NCBI GenBank assembly: GCA_973895155.1
Contig: OZ316898.1
Span: forward strand, 15,530,330 to 15,594,329
Source: Marsupella aquatica
Lineage: Eukaryota > Plantae > Marchantiophyta
DNA length: 64,000 nucleotides
Direction of reading: 5' to 3'
Below the pieces are notes generated by a model. The model did no database searches and had not been told where the DNA came from. It saw only the letters and a list, made by a program, of their open reading frames with translations. Below are positions 13,392 to 26,600 of this stretch, in pieces. Position numbers and translations under genes: made by a program. Positions within the stretch are counted from its first letter, which is position 1, and the number at the start of each line of letters is the position of its first letter.

Positions 13392-14849
13392 CTAGCAGAG
13401 CATTGCCCACAGCGGTAACTCCATGCCTAGAAATGTGTCCAGGTCTGGACCCCTCCCCTCTGGTTCTGCTTGTACATCTGGACCTTCCTCTGGTGTCATG
13501 TCAATTTCTGCGTTGTCACTACTGGTCCATTCATCATTTTGGCTCAAAACATAGTTGTGGAGTTTTCCACAAACTGTGACCCATCTTACCATCCGTGCAC
13601 TGTCCTTCTTTTCATTTAGCTGAACTCTGACTTCTTTCATAGAATGCCAACGAGATTTTAAAACCCCAATGCAATGTTCATTTGTGACACGAGCTTTAGC
13701 AACACATGTATTGAAGTCTTCTTTGTTAGACACAAGGTCTGCCCTCTTAAAAGCACAAACAAGATGAGGCAATGCTTGATAACCAGAATCCCCAAGCAAG
13801 TATTGGTCTTCTTCAAAAACGTGGGTACTTCCAACACCAGAGCAATAATCCCACAGGGGTGATTTCCTCAAACATGTGAGGTCGGAGCAGGAACCAGGCA
13901 TTCTTGCAAAACAAATACAGAGCACAATTTACACTACAACCTTCTAAACACAAAGTCCTAGTTAATAATACATGTAAAAACAAAGTGGAAGTACTTACCT
14001 GTGAACATGAAGAGAATCTTCCGTTTGTGGTCACAAATGACTTGAACATTCACGGAATACCTGCATTTTTTATCATAGTAGCACTCTCCATGGTGGTGTG
14101 GTCGTTGAGTCAGTGGTAAGAGCGATCCATCTATGAGGCCCAAACATCCACGAAAGCCAAGTTTGCCAAATGCTTCCAGGATCAGTGCACAATCCCTCCT
14201 CTTTGGCCATTGAATCTGGTCTTTCAGTGCATCCTCAAGTGCAAGAAAGCACTGCTTAGAGAAATGCACCAAAGTTCCACTGTTGACGCCCCAGGTTGGG
14301 ATAAGGTGATTCAGGCAAGCACCATTGCCATCATGCCCAAGACGGTCGAGACAGACAGCCAGTTGCCTCACAATAGGTGTCTGCTCATGTCTAACTAGAC
14401 TCATTCTTGAAGATTGGGTGAGGCTCTATCAATTCAAGGAGGTGGAAAAAGGACCTCTTGTCCATCCTTGTCATCTGTCTAAACAATCGATCAGGCAAGT
14501 TGTGAAAAAACTGTGTTGCAAACTCATTTGACTTTGTAGTTATGTGACGAGGAACTAAGTAGCGAGTGTTATACATCAAAAAATAAAGCTCAGAAAGGTC
14601 AGCTACATTTTGTGCCTCTTCACAGTCATCTTCTTTGTCTGAGTCAAAGGAATCATCCACATTCGCTCCTGACCCACTGCTGCTGGAATACTGAGGAGGG
14701 TTGATGCAATCAAAGCACTCGAGTGACCTTAAAGAGCTGTCACTACTTCCACCATCAGATTTGCTCCCAGAGCTATGCAACATGATGTTTAACTGCACTT
14801 TTTGCTTCACCTGTCTCAAGTGTTTTTGGCGATCAGATACTCGAGGCAT
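13392..14849 (-). pseudogene. Harbinger/HARBI1-type DDE transposase (DDE_Tnp_4-like), frameshifted, one intron ~13904-13998
   Basis: FRQMTRMDKRSF, QLAVCLDRLGHDGNG, GCLGLIDGS (D1), YSVNVQVICD, PGSCSD, YLLGDSGY (D2), FN...ARVTNEHCIGVLKSRW (E), LHNY. Confidence 0.92.
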
Positions 14850-15174
14850 GATGTTGACAATCCTGGAGACAAGGCAGTGGTATGTCATAGAGGACATACT
14901 TTACAACACAACACAGTAATGCTAGCACTATTTGAAAATTTGGAAGGTAATCAAAGCACAAGAATGCACATGACCCACATTCACAACAAAGCAGCAAAGA
15001 AATGTTGGAAATATTCAATTTCATTCAAAGGTCTCAAAACAGTACATACTATGTAACTACATAGATATGATAGTACATTTAATCATCTAAGTATGTGTCC
15101 TGCAAAGCCGCAATAAGATCAGCCAAGATCTTCTTTGCACTTTTAGGTTTTTGTGGGGTGCGAGAAGTCTCTGC

Positions 15175-15723
15175 CTAGGCAGGAGTGACCTGAGTAGGAC
15201 TTGTTGGTGTCTTGTGCCTGTATTTCACAGGACTTTGGCAGATATCATCAAGGATAGAAACTCTCTGGATCCCGCTCTGGATGTGCAACTCCAGATCCTT
15301 CACGGATATGGTAACATGTAATCTAGGGCATTTTTGCACAATTGCTTGAATTGTCCCCATCTGAATGTGCTCAGACATCTTTGAAAAGTCAAGTGCAGAG
15401 GAATTGAGTAGAATGGATGCACTATCCCATATTTGAGCTCGCAATGGCTTGCAAGCAACGTGCACAGCATCAAACAAAATCAATTGGAACCTGAATTTAT
15501 GGACTCCTGGCAGGTTATGGCCACATCGGGGTCCAAATTCCAAGGACTTTCTGCAAGGAACACCAGTAGCAGTATTTGGATATGGGCAGGATAAATAAGT
15601 GAATTTCCTAGGGTAGGGATTTTGTGCAACATAGTTCCCAATCCAAACATTAGCTCTAAAATATTCAACTTTCCCTGAAACCCTGTTCTCCTCGATGTCT
15701 GTGAGTGAAGTCCATTCAGCCAT
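15175..15723 (-). CDS. RPA1/RPA70 C-terminal (DBD-C) Zn-ribbon OB-fold-like protein inside the Harbinger element
   Basis: FTYLSCP..CRKSL..C..H..KFRFQLILFD...AQIWDSASILLNSSALDF matches the Rep_fac-A_C pattern (Y.ACP..C.KK...Y.L....D.T......F...A..LLG.SA). A 5'UTR intron GTGAGT(15943)...CCAG(15727) ends just before the ATG. TAG at 15175 may be premature because the frame continues to ~15080. Confidence 0.65.
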   Translation of the reverse strand: MAEWTSLTDIEENRVSGKVEYFRANVWIGNYVAQNPYPRKFTYLSCPYPNTATGVPCRKSLEFGPRCGHNLPGVHKFRFQLILFDAVHVACKPLRAQIWDSASILLNSSALDFSKMSEHIQMGTIQAIVQKCPRLHVTISVKDLELHIQSGIQRVSILDDICQSPVKYRHKTPTSPTQVTPA

Positions 15724-16109
15724 TGCCTGGTGGAACAAAAGGAGAGTGGACATTGAGCAGAGCATGACAAACATTTGAATACACTGAGCAGAACAGAGTA
15801 GAGCATTCAAGTATGTGGAGAATCAAACAGCATGCGCAACACAATGCACATGTAGAAGCAACTGCAGAACAAGGGAAGGGTAAAAAAATGGCAAGAACAA
15901 CTGCACACCACAATGTCGTTGTCGGAGCTAGCTTGCAACTCACGCTTCACCAAAACACTGGAACCTAAATGTTGTTGGTAAAGCAGCCTTCACCGCATGA
16001 CGCAACATGGACCTTCACGAACAGGATGCAGGACACAGCAATCACCTGCTGACGCAACCTCGACCTTCACGTAGCCTCGATGTTCAGAGCAAGCTTCAGA
16101 GCATTTCGA

Positions 16110-16295
16110 AGCTATATCGACGACCTTCAGAGCACAACCAGCATTTGAGATGCTCACAGCAGCATCGGGCATCAACGAGGTTCAAAGCACTAGGCAGCTT
16201 GAGCAACATTGACGACCTTCAGAGCGCAACCAGCATTCACGAGGCTCACAAGAGCATTGGGCATCGACGAGGTTCAGAGCACTAGGCAGCTTGGA
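16110..16295. repeat. Subterminal direct repeats in the Harbinger element
   Basis: GACGACCTTCAGAGCRCAACCAGCATT...GGGCATCRACGAGGTTCARAGCACTAGGCAGCTTG, two copies ~91 bp apart. Confidence 0.7.
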
Positions 16296-19002
16296 CGACG
16301 AGCTTCACAACATTAACTGGGCGCAACTCTCAAATGGCAGCGATGCTGCAAACCACACTCACGTACGGTAACCTCAGGCTGCTCTGTCCCGGTCTGGTCG
16401 CGGTCCGCACTCAGAAACCCAGCAGAAAAATGGCAGTCTCAAAAATGGCTGACCGACCAGAAAGGGCCGCAGACCGTCGGACTAAACCGCGGTACGGAAA
16501 ATTGGGCCAAAAAAGCTAATTTTGAGACGCCCTACTATCGTACAGGGGGGTGGGTTAAGGCTTCTTCAACACAATTCCCAATATTATTGGTTGTACGGCT
16601 TCCGGACTAATATGGGAGTAGACTCGTGTTTTGACTTCCAATGTTTTTAAATGATTTCTTTTATCTTGAGTGAAATGCTTTATTTACTGACCCCCATGTG
16701 AAATTCCTTCCAAAATCCCTGGAAGCACGTGGAGCCACATCAGCACTATTGATCACAAACAAGAACCCAATATTGATTTAGGGTACCAAACAAGACTATG
16801 TGTGTTTAAAACAAGTCAAAGAAAAATAGTTAGACCTGGTAACTGTAAAAACAATGGAAAACTAAAAAATAATATTTCAAGTAAACAAAGAAATGGGTGA
16901 AAAGGGGGTAAAAGTAAATAACCTTTGAATGGGTTGTGATTGATATATCAGTGTTTTCCAGTAGATTGTATGAGTTTTCTATGTAATTAGCAATTTTTTG
17001 AATAAAATTGGGTAAAAAGAAACTCTTCAACTACTGTAACATTGACCAAGGTAACTTAAGAAACCATTCGATTACTATGGGACAAGGAACACCAAGAGAG
17101 GATAAGAAACCATTTGACTACTATGGATAAAGGAATACCAAAGGAATATAATTAAGAAACCCTTTCACTTCTATAGCACTTTGCATGGACTCTATGGACA
17201 TAGGAGTACCAAGGTAACCTTGTGCATATGCACTTCTAGCATGAATAATCTACTTTTTTTTTCTCTCATCTCCATTCAATCCTATTTCAATATCAACTCT
17301 GCATCTACTCTAACTTAGTTGTTGAATAACATCAAACTTACATATAACCAGGGGGTCCTAGAACTAATTTATTATAGGGACAAATGGGGAAGACATCCAA
17401 CTTCTTGTTCTACCTGCAAAAAATGTATTGGCTTAACAAATAATTTGATGCCAATTCTGGTGCATATTTGCCCCATCCCTGTTTTTGTCCGTACTCATTT
17501 CAGTTTTGTCTTTATTTAGAAATGTCACTCTTTGCTCCCATCCCCATTTTTGTTCACCTGATTTTTAGTTTTGTACTTATTTAGAATTATGGTCTAGAGG
17601 CTGCACTCTAGAATGTATGCTTTAAAGGTATCTTCAGTTCCCAAATTATCAGCAAGATTCTCCAGCTTTCTGACTTCTGTTCTGCCACAGAATTGGAAAA
17701 TGGATCAATTTACAAAAAAAGGCCAAACAAAGTACAATGAATTAAAAGCAATAAAGGACAAACAGGAAACTCACATGAAGAGGGCATATTAAACCCTCTT
17801 CCAAACTCAATTGCTCACATATGGTCCATCAGATGAACGGCCAAGTTTCATGACCTGCTTCTTCAATTTCAAGATAGTTGTCTTCCAATTTGGAAGATGC
17901 CCTCTACTAGTATCCTTATTTCAAAGCCTAAATTATTTTGGATGACCCGTTCCCAAACTTTACCATCAGTAAGTTAACATTCTCCAATGCAAGAGATGTG
18001 TTAAACAGCATTTAGAGTTCAATTATTAGCATACCAAGCCCACTTCACAAACACATACTCAGAGAACCCAACTGAACTAATCTTAACCCAAACTTTAGTC
18101 CCTGCCCAAAACTTCCATCTCTGAATTGCACGCTCTTTTTCTAGAGCAGCAAAGACAATCTGTCAATTCAAGACAAAAGGCAATATCTAGCCTAGTAATG
18201 TGCCTTGCTGTCAATTCAGTCCCTGGTACTACCCCACAGCATGGTTTAGTGATAAAGAGTTGTGGGTGTACTCTGTTAGACACTTACTCTTGGGTTAGAG
18301 TTACAATGTAACCACAAGTAGTGTAACCATAGTCAAGTACTTGATTAAGGTTTGGTGTGTCACTACTACACTCTCAATGGGCAATGCCAGTCTAGACATC
18401 TTTTTGCCTGTAATACTTAAGATGAAAAACAAACATAGTTGCATGTCCTGGAGGGGGCAAAAATATGTCATTCTTCACTCCACACTCACCCCACTAAAAC
18501 CCTACACTTTTGGCCTTCATTTTTACTCAGGAGCTTGCAGAGGGGAATGGGAATGGGGGTGGCAGAGGTTCAGACTAGCCTATATTGACTTGCCACATGG
18601 CAACCTGAGTCAAGTTAATAAAAAGCTATAACTTATTAGTCAATCGTATTAAATTAACATTTGAACTAGTGGTCTGAAACTAATTGGGCCACTGGAATCC
18701 AACGGAATTGGTGTGGCTGGTGTTTATCTTCCATGGAAGACGTCCAACTCAGTCTACTTCTAAAGTCGTAGGGTCATTTGATTGGCTCTCAGCTGCCCAG
18801 ACTTGCGCCACATGCCCGAAGGATTTGTAAATGGACGTGGCACTGCGGCCTCATTGGCCCAGTGCGCCTGCCCGAACTGGTCCACAAAGCATGTCGTCCC
18901 CAGCCAAAAGACTGGAGCACCGCATACAGTGTACAGTCTCGATACATTGACGGTCGCGCCAGAAATGTTCGGTGATTTCCTTTAACTTTCCATCGCCGTT
19001 GA

Positions 19003-19048
19003 AAGGTTCTCCTGAAAGGTTCTTCTGAAAGGTTCTTCTGAAAGGTTC
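19003..19048. repeat. 13-bp tandem repeat AAGGTTCTYCTGA x3.5
   Basis: Directly visible. Confidence 0.75.
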
Positions 19049-19356
19049 GACAACTTGAAGAGTTCAACAGACTTTACTCGATCTTGCTGTTGATAAAATT
19101 GACGGGGTCTGTTCCCGGAAAGTGTTCATAGGCGTTAATTGCTTGGAAATTGCACTTGCTGAAGAGCCTCGAAGGTGGTGTCTGCCAGGGTAATCTTGCA
19201 TGTGCTGTAGCATCCCTAAAAAAAATTTGCTCCTTTGAACCCTCTCAATTTCTGGGGTAAAGTCTTGCTAGCAGGGCCACAAGGTAGTCTTATATTCATT
19301 TTTCAAAGGTTGGGATTGTAAGGGCAAGAAGGACTATGGGACCTTCCTTGAAATTC

Positions 19357-21391
19357 TTTTTTCCTTAATAACATATGGGCCACTAAAACCCCATGGCAGG
19401 GGGGAAACAACCAAGCCCAACACAAAAACCATAACAACAACCAAAAAACGGACCAGCACCAACCCAGGCGGACCGCTTATCACTACCAGTCCTCCCCAAG
19501 TGACCTTTAACAGGTATCACAATCACAAAGCGGGCGCTTCCTCCAGAACACCCATCTAGCAGAAGACCTATACATCAAACTTGCTATCAACCAGAGATAA
19601 TCCACACATTATGACTATGCACCCAGGCAACTCTTTCCTGATTAATGAGCTCTTTCACTCGGAGCAATCTAGTGTGTCTTCTCCCTGGAGGCAAACATAG
19701 GCCAACCGCTGTCACATGATCTGCAGCTTCTGAGAGGATAAACCTCAGGTCAAATCTCCTGCATCATTTGGTTGAAACATCTGGGTATTACGGCCTAGCC
19801 AAAGCGACCAAAGTATCTGATAGAAAATGAATAGCTTTGCCACCCTCCAAGTATCTTTTCTCACAATCAAGTCCTCCATCTCCAATAACTTGTCAGAATA
19901 GTCCACAAAGGTGCCTTGAAAGCAGCTGGAGCCCAAAGCCCAACATCTCCTGGCATGTACACATTGAGCAAAAAGATGGGGGATGGTTTCAATCACCCCG
20001 GTGCACAACTTACAGTGACCCTCTCCCTTGCCAATGCAAACCGCTCTCACACCCGTGAACAGCCCTGATGCCCGAACCCTCCAGATAAATGTCTTAGCCC
20101 GAGATAATAAGTCTGAACACCACAGTCCTGTCCATAGGGAGTTCCATTCCACTTTTGTTTTGTTACTGCTCCATGTATAATTCAGCTTACCATGATCTCC
20201 TATAGAGGGGTGTAGAAGGATATAAGCCCGCCAGTTGTTAATCCTGAATGCTTTTAGGCCATCAAGACGGTCGGCCCAACACCAGCATCGCGATCCGAGG
20301 ACAACATTCTTGCTGCAGCTTTTAGTTGCCCTGATCTTTCTTAGAAAATCTCTGCAATAGCCATTCTCTCTCCAGGTGAACCCTCTAAGCTGCTCCAGTT
20401 TGGCTTCCATGTTGCGCCATTCATTAGAGTCCCCAAACCATAAGTCCTGAATGCAACGAATACCCATCCTACCACACAGTCTTGTAACCACTACATCGTC
20501 CTCATTTGGCCAGGCCTACAAGCCCTTTAAGCAGCGGAGAGCATCATTTACTATCCATCTCCTAGGCATAACAATGGTAGTAAAAAATATCAAGTGTGCC
20601 TGGAGTTGGATCCAAGCTTTCCACAGCCCACCAGTGTAAGCTAATCCATTGAATGAACAAGGACAACATAATAACATTTTGTCTTGGAAGGAATACTGAT
20701 TCCTTTGGATCATCTTAAAGTTCACCCAGCTAACCAGCCTCAGATTTTCAGCAAACAGCCTTGCCCATTCAGTATTGGGGGAGTCTAAAGCCCCAGTAAA
20801 CCATTTAGACAAAAGCGCATCTGAATGACTTCGGAAGTCCTTGAGCCCCAGTCCACCTTCAACTCTGGGTCTAGCCAGCCTAGCCCAGGAGACCGGACAT
20901 GTTTTCCTCCCTCTGGATTGTACCCCCATAGAAAATCCTTGCATAGTGTGATCAGTTTCTTCGCCAACCCTTCTGAGGATTTTAGAAACATTGAGTGATA
21001 AATTGAAATTGCCTAGAGTATGTGACGAACCAGTAGAACCCTTCCAGAAAATGACAACAATTTGTTAGCCCAAGATGAGAGCCTTGCTCCTACCTTGTCC
21101 AAAATGAACCTGTGCAGTTGATCAGTTCTCAAATCCAGCCCCAAAGGTGCACCTAGATATTCTGCATCTCTCCTTTTTTTCAACTATACAACCTATGTTT
21201 GTCAGCCAGCGGGATAGACAGAATCGCTAGTGGGATCACCACCTATTTTTTCAGGTTCAATTTGGCTCCTGTTGCAGTTTCGTAGCAATTCAGAACTGTT
21301 TTGGCCATATGAAAGCTCCTCTCTGTTGCAGGGATAAACATACCTAAGTCATCCGCAACAATTCTATAACAGATTGTTAATTCCTCAGAGA
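19357..21391 (-). mobile_element. L1-clade LINE A, 3' fragment (RT C-half, zf-RVT, 3'UTR), decayed
   Basis: ICYRIVADDLG, W..LARPRVEGGLGLKDFRSHSDALL, CKLC...ETIPHLFAQC, LWLGRN; degenerate A-tail near 19357. Confidence 0.9.
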
Positions 21392-21438
21392 GGAAGACTT
21401 GGAGTTACGAAGGAAGGAAGGAAGTGCTGGAAACAAAC

Positions 21439-23607
21439 ATGTCGCGTAATCAACATTGGGTAGGACTTGGGGGCCGCGGAAGGGGCCCGACATTGCCACG
21501 CTCCGGAACTGACAGGATTGGAGAGGAGGGCGGCAACCAGCACTGGGCTTATACTGGTGGTAGATCTGACGGGAATGCTGGTTCGAGGGGAGGCTCGGCT
21601 GATGCCCGGGATTTGGAATCTCAAATAGTGCGGGAGGTTCCTAGCCAGGATGCTCGAGCCGCTTCCTGTTCGCGACCTACTTTGATACACTCTGCTGGAC
21701 GAGGAAGATCTGATGAAAAAATACAGAGTTGGTATGGACTCAAATCTTCTGGAATGGAGAGAGACGGATTTACAAGGTGGGACTCTCAACGTTCGCGAGA
21801 TAATTGTGAAATGGATGTGCTGGAAGACAGGATGGATGAGCCTGCTTTGGAAAAATTTCAGGATGACATCGGTGACCACTGTGAGCTTGAGCCTAGAAAT
21901 TCTGGGGATGGTCGCCACAAGGGACTGGTCCACGAGGAGGCTGAACTGGCGCAGCGAATGGTTGGCGCTGCAAAAGAGAAAGAGATTGCTGCTTGTATCC
22001 CGATTCTTAGAAGGATCTCTGATCTTTCTATTCAAGAATGGCCCTCGAAGCTGCATACCAAGATTCAGTGGTCGTTGGAGGAGGCAGCGGAGACCGTCAC
22101 GGAACTCTTCAATTGCACAATGATGTGTTATTTCACTGACAGAGCCCCCATGCTTCCGACCTTTAAATTCTGGGTGAACAAGACTGGCCGGTTTCCCAAG
22201 TTAAATTTGTGGGGAAAAGTTTCTACATGGTCACTTTCAGAGACCCTGCACACCGAGACTTTGCTTTGGCTGGCGCCCCGTGGTTCCTAGATAGGAAGTT
22301 CGTATTCACCTTCCCCTGGGATCCGTCCTTTGACATCAGGAGCGAATCCTATACAATGCTGCCAGTTTGGATTGAAATTCCTTTGCGAGCATTAATCTTG
22401 GAGCCCTGTCGGAGGAAGCTAGCGGCTTCCTTGGGAGACATATTACACTATATCCAAGGTGATGACCTCAGCTCTTACCCGCACGATAGAGCTTGTGTGC
22501 TTTGGGATACGCAGAGAGAAGTGCCACAGAGTGTGGAAGTAGAGATTCAGGATGGCCTATCAATTTGGCAACCAGTGACATTCAAAAATATCCCATTCCA
22601 TTGCTTCAAATGCGGCAAAAAGGGGCACTTGGCTCGGGAGTGCAGGGCAACAGAAGATTCGGAGCCGGTAGGCCCCCTGTATCTACAACGGACAACATCC
22701 CCGTTGCCGTGAATACTGAAGTTCCTCTTGCTGAGGCTGATACTCCTGGTGACTTGCCTCCAACTGTCACTCCTACGACGGCTACAGCAGTGGCCTCGAA
22801 AACGATAAATCAAGATGTGCCCTCGCCCATTATCCCTGTTGAGAATGCCGATGTTGTCAAGGAGGCCCCAATTATTCTACTCCCACTAAGTTACATGCTT
22901 CCGGCTGTGGAAATAAGGGAACAACCGATACTTTTTGGGCAGGTGACGGTGGATGAGGTGAACCCACATCCGGTAACAACTAACAGAGAATGGGGAATGA
23001 CAGGAGAAGTGGATCACCCTGGAGAACACACGACATTGGTCATTTCGCTTCGGGATGAAATCCCTCGGGTCATACAGGATTTGCAAGCTACGGTCATCCC
23101 ACTGATTACCACTACCACGAAAGGGAGCAGTGTAATGGTGAATGAATTTGTGACTGAAGATCCAACTACAATCACTGAAGCAGGAGAACCGGCCCTTACC
23201 TCGGAGGATGGAGACAGAGAACCTATCTCGGCTTCTGAACCACCTTCAGAAATGGAGCTGTTTGAATTCGAGGGATTTATCGCACGGACGGAACTTAAGA
23301 GAGAACGTACCTGGAAGTTGGCGAGAAGATCTCCCCCTGAAGAAAACAAGAAAGAAAAGGGGAAAAAAAGGCTAGGAACCAGCGTTCCTTACACTTTGTT
23401 TCTGTTGCAAAGGTGCAGGATGCTGAAGGATGGTCTACCCCTGAGAAGAAACTGAAAGGTGATCCGCGAAGGAGCTCGGAGGGAGCTGCGGCTCTTCAGA
23501 CGGCCGAAACGCTGGCGCATGGGAAATCACCATTGGTAACTAATGGGAAAGAACTTGGGGATCCGGAGGCGAATTGCCCTGGGGCTGACCTAGGAACCCC
23601 TCTCTGA
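21439..23607 (+). pseudogene. LINE B ORF1 (DUF4283-like RRM region plus CCHC zinc knuckle), frameshifted
   Basis: FYMVTF..HRDFALAGAPWFLD..FTFPWDP..PVWIEIP; CFKCGKKGHLAREC. Confidence 0.85.
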
Positions 23608-23672
23608 GGTGGAGTGCGAATATGGGCTCCACCTTGAGAGGTTGTGAGCAGGAGTGGTAAAGTGGATTTCTA

Positions 23673-26600
23673 ATGAAGAATTTACAATATGCTTCATGGA
23701 ATGTGTGTGGATTATGCAGCCCGGACCGCAAGAATGTGGTGGTTAAGTGGGTCTCATCGCTGCGGCCGCCGATTGACTTTTTAGCTCTACAGGAAATAAA
23801 AGCTGAGGCTTTTAGGCTTGACATTGCCCTTAGATTAATTCTTCCATCTTTTCAATACTTCTATTCGCCTCCAGATGAGGGAAGAGGAGGTGCAGCTCTT
23901 TTGATTCACCCGGCTTTTGTAGTGCTGGCATCGGGAATTTTTGATAGAGGCCGGGCAGTTTGGACGAAGATACAATCAGAGGAAGGAAACTTTGGACTCA
24001 TCAGTATCTATGCTCCCAACTCGATTAGTGAACGTGTCCTGTTGTGGAACAAATTGTTGCACACATTGCCACAGGAGAAATGGATAATTGCTGGAGACTT
24101 CAATATGATGGAGCAACAGGATGACTCCTCCGGTTCATCTCCCAGAATTAGGGGTTGGGAGCTTGATACTTGGCGATTACTGAAACTGCGCTTTGACTTA
24201 CAGGATGCAAAGGGCATTCTGGGGCACGCCACGGGCTCTAACTTTACATGGAGAAGGGTGAGAAATGGTAGACTAATATAGTCCCGGCTTGATAGATTCT
24301 ATCTAAGCGAAAAGGGCCAGTGGTTGGACGAGGTGATCGAGCTAAGGCACGATGGTTCATCTGCTCTGTCTGATCACGATCCGATCATCCTCACGTTTAG
24401 GATGACACCGAGACATTCAATGCCTACTGACGTTTGCAGAGCTACGTACTTTCAAGCGAACCCGGCTATTCTCAGGAAAAGGGAAAACGTGGAAGCACTC
24501 GAAGAAGCATGGGGCGCTGGCGATGGAGGATCAGTGGATCCTCATCTGAGATTTGCAAATGCTATGCAAAGGGTTAGACGGTATTACATGGAGCTACAAT
24601 ACTCCCCTGTACCTAGGGAAGAAGAGATGCACCGACTAAGGGCTAAACTCTGTCTTCTGAAAATGGCAATTATGGATGAATACACGGAAGACACGATTCT
24701 TGACTTTACTAACATTGAACAGGGGGTCAGAGAAATGGAGATGGAAGATGCTCACCATCATCGGAGGCTCGCTAGAATAAACTGGCTTGGACAGGGCGAT
24801 GAACCCTCGAAATTCTTTTTTGCAATGGTAAAAGCAAAACGTGCCAGAGAAAATATGGAATATCTTATAGGAGAAGACGGAGAAGAGATTACGGAAGAAA
24901 ATCTGGTAATAAAAGAAGTGCAGAGACACTGCGAAATGCTCTACACTCCAACGTTTACTTTGAATGAGGTACGCAGAGAGATGCTGGAGGCTAGAAGGAA
25001 GTTATGTCAGCACACCCACTTTGCTCTTTCCGCTTCTGAGCTTCACAGACTCGAGAAGCTACCCACTATGCAAGAACTGCATGATACACTACTTTCCCTT
25101 GCTAGCGACAAGGCCCCTGGGATTGACGGCATCACTGCTGAGGTGCTACGGAGCTGTTGGGACTTCATGAAGGACGGATTCTATGAGATGACATGTGAAT
25201 TTTGGCGGTCAGGGCACATGGCTTTTGGGATCAAGGATGGAGTAATTCGCTTTATCGCAAAGAAGACAGATGAAAGAAGACTGGGAGATTGGAGAGGGCT
25301 CACGATGCTGACAACCACCTACAAGATCATGGCAAAGCTTCTTGCCTTGAGGCTGAAGATTCATCTACCAAAAATGATTAGTCCACAACAAACAGGCTTC
25401 ATACCCGGAAGGCACATATTAGAAAACATCTCCCTTACCTGGCTTGCTAGTGACTGGATTAACCTCACACAGACTCCTTCTCTATTCCTGCAACTGGACT
25501 TCGAAAAAGCATTTGACAGGGTAGACCACTCTTACATCTGGGAAACCATAAACTTGCTTGGCATAGGATCTCATTTCATCTTTTTAGTTCGATCTCTATT
25601 GAGCGATGGATGTTCCAAAGCGCTGGTGAATGGTTTGTGGACAGAAGATATCAGGATGAGACGTGGTGTGAGGCAAGGATGCCCCCTCTCTCCTCTGCTG
25701 TTTGCCATCTCCACTCAACCTTTCATGGATTTCTGTAATGCAGAGATAGCAGCTGGAAGGCTTCAGGGTCTGAGAATCAATTCATCTCTATCTATTTGCT
25801 TCAGATTATTTGCGGATGATTTAGGGATGTTTATTCCTACCACTACCATAGCTTTTGAACAAGCCAAAAATGCTATCCACTGCTATGAATGTGCTACTGG
25901 AGCCAAATTGAATTTGAAAAAATCAATTATTATCCCCTTTGCTCTGGATGTGATCCCTGACTGGCTCAGAGACACTGGATGTCGAATAAGCAAAATTGGA
26001 GAGATACAGAAATATTTGGGTGCCCCCTTTGGAGTAGAAATTCTAGAGACACAACTACACAATTTCTGTCTCGATAGAATTAGTGCACGACTGTCATCCT
26101 GGTCGTCATGTTTTCTATCATTTACAGGAAGGCTACTGCTAATCAAACATGTTTTACAGGCAATTCCTATCTACCATATGATGTTTATTCGATCTTCTCA
26201 GGTACTAGCGAAGAAGTTGACAAAACTTAATAGGACTTTCCTATGGGGAACGAATCTGCAAGGAGGGAGGAGGATCCCTCTGGTGGCGTGGGATAAGCTG
26301 ACAAGACCAAAGGTGGAAGGTGGACTTGGACTCAAGGACTTTCGGAGTCACTCTGATGCGCTTTTATGCAAATGGTTCACAGGTGCATTAGATGATCCTA
26401 GCTCTGAGTGGGCTCAAATGTACGCAGAGAATCTCAGGCTAACCAAATGGCGTAACTACAAGACGGTGAGAAGAAGCCTGTACTCTTTGAGTGACAAATT
26501 ACTATTGAGCACTCCTAGGCACTTTGGGAAACTTGTTTATACAGGGAAACTTTGGAGTGCATGGGAGATGGCGAGAGAACATCTGATCTTTTGCCCAGGC

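Larger units (their letters stand above)
10771..16533. mobile_element. PIF/Harbinger (PHIS)-superfamily DNA transposon, complete ends, 5.76 kb, three genes
   Basis: Perfect 17-bp TIR AGGGCGTCTCAAAATTA (10771-10787 / 16517-16533); 3-bp TSD ACT (10768-10770 / 16534-16536); HARBI1-type transposase and Myb-like partner inside. Confidence 0.93.

Noticed and set aside
17700-18450. Possible decayed transposase remnant on the minus strand (SDGP-like motif)
   Set aside because: Too many stops and no second supporting motif or termini.
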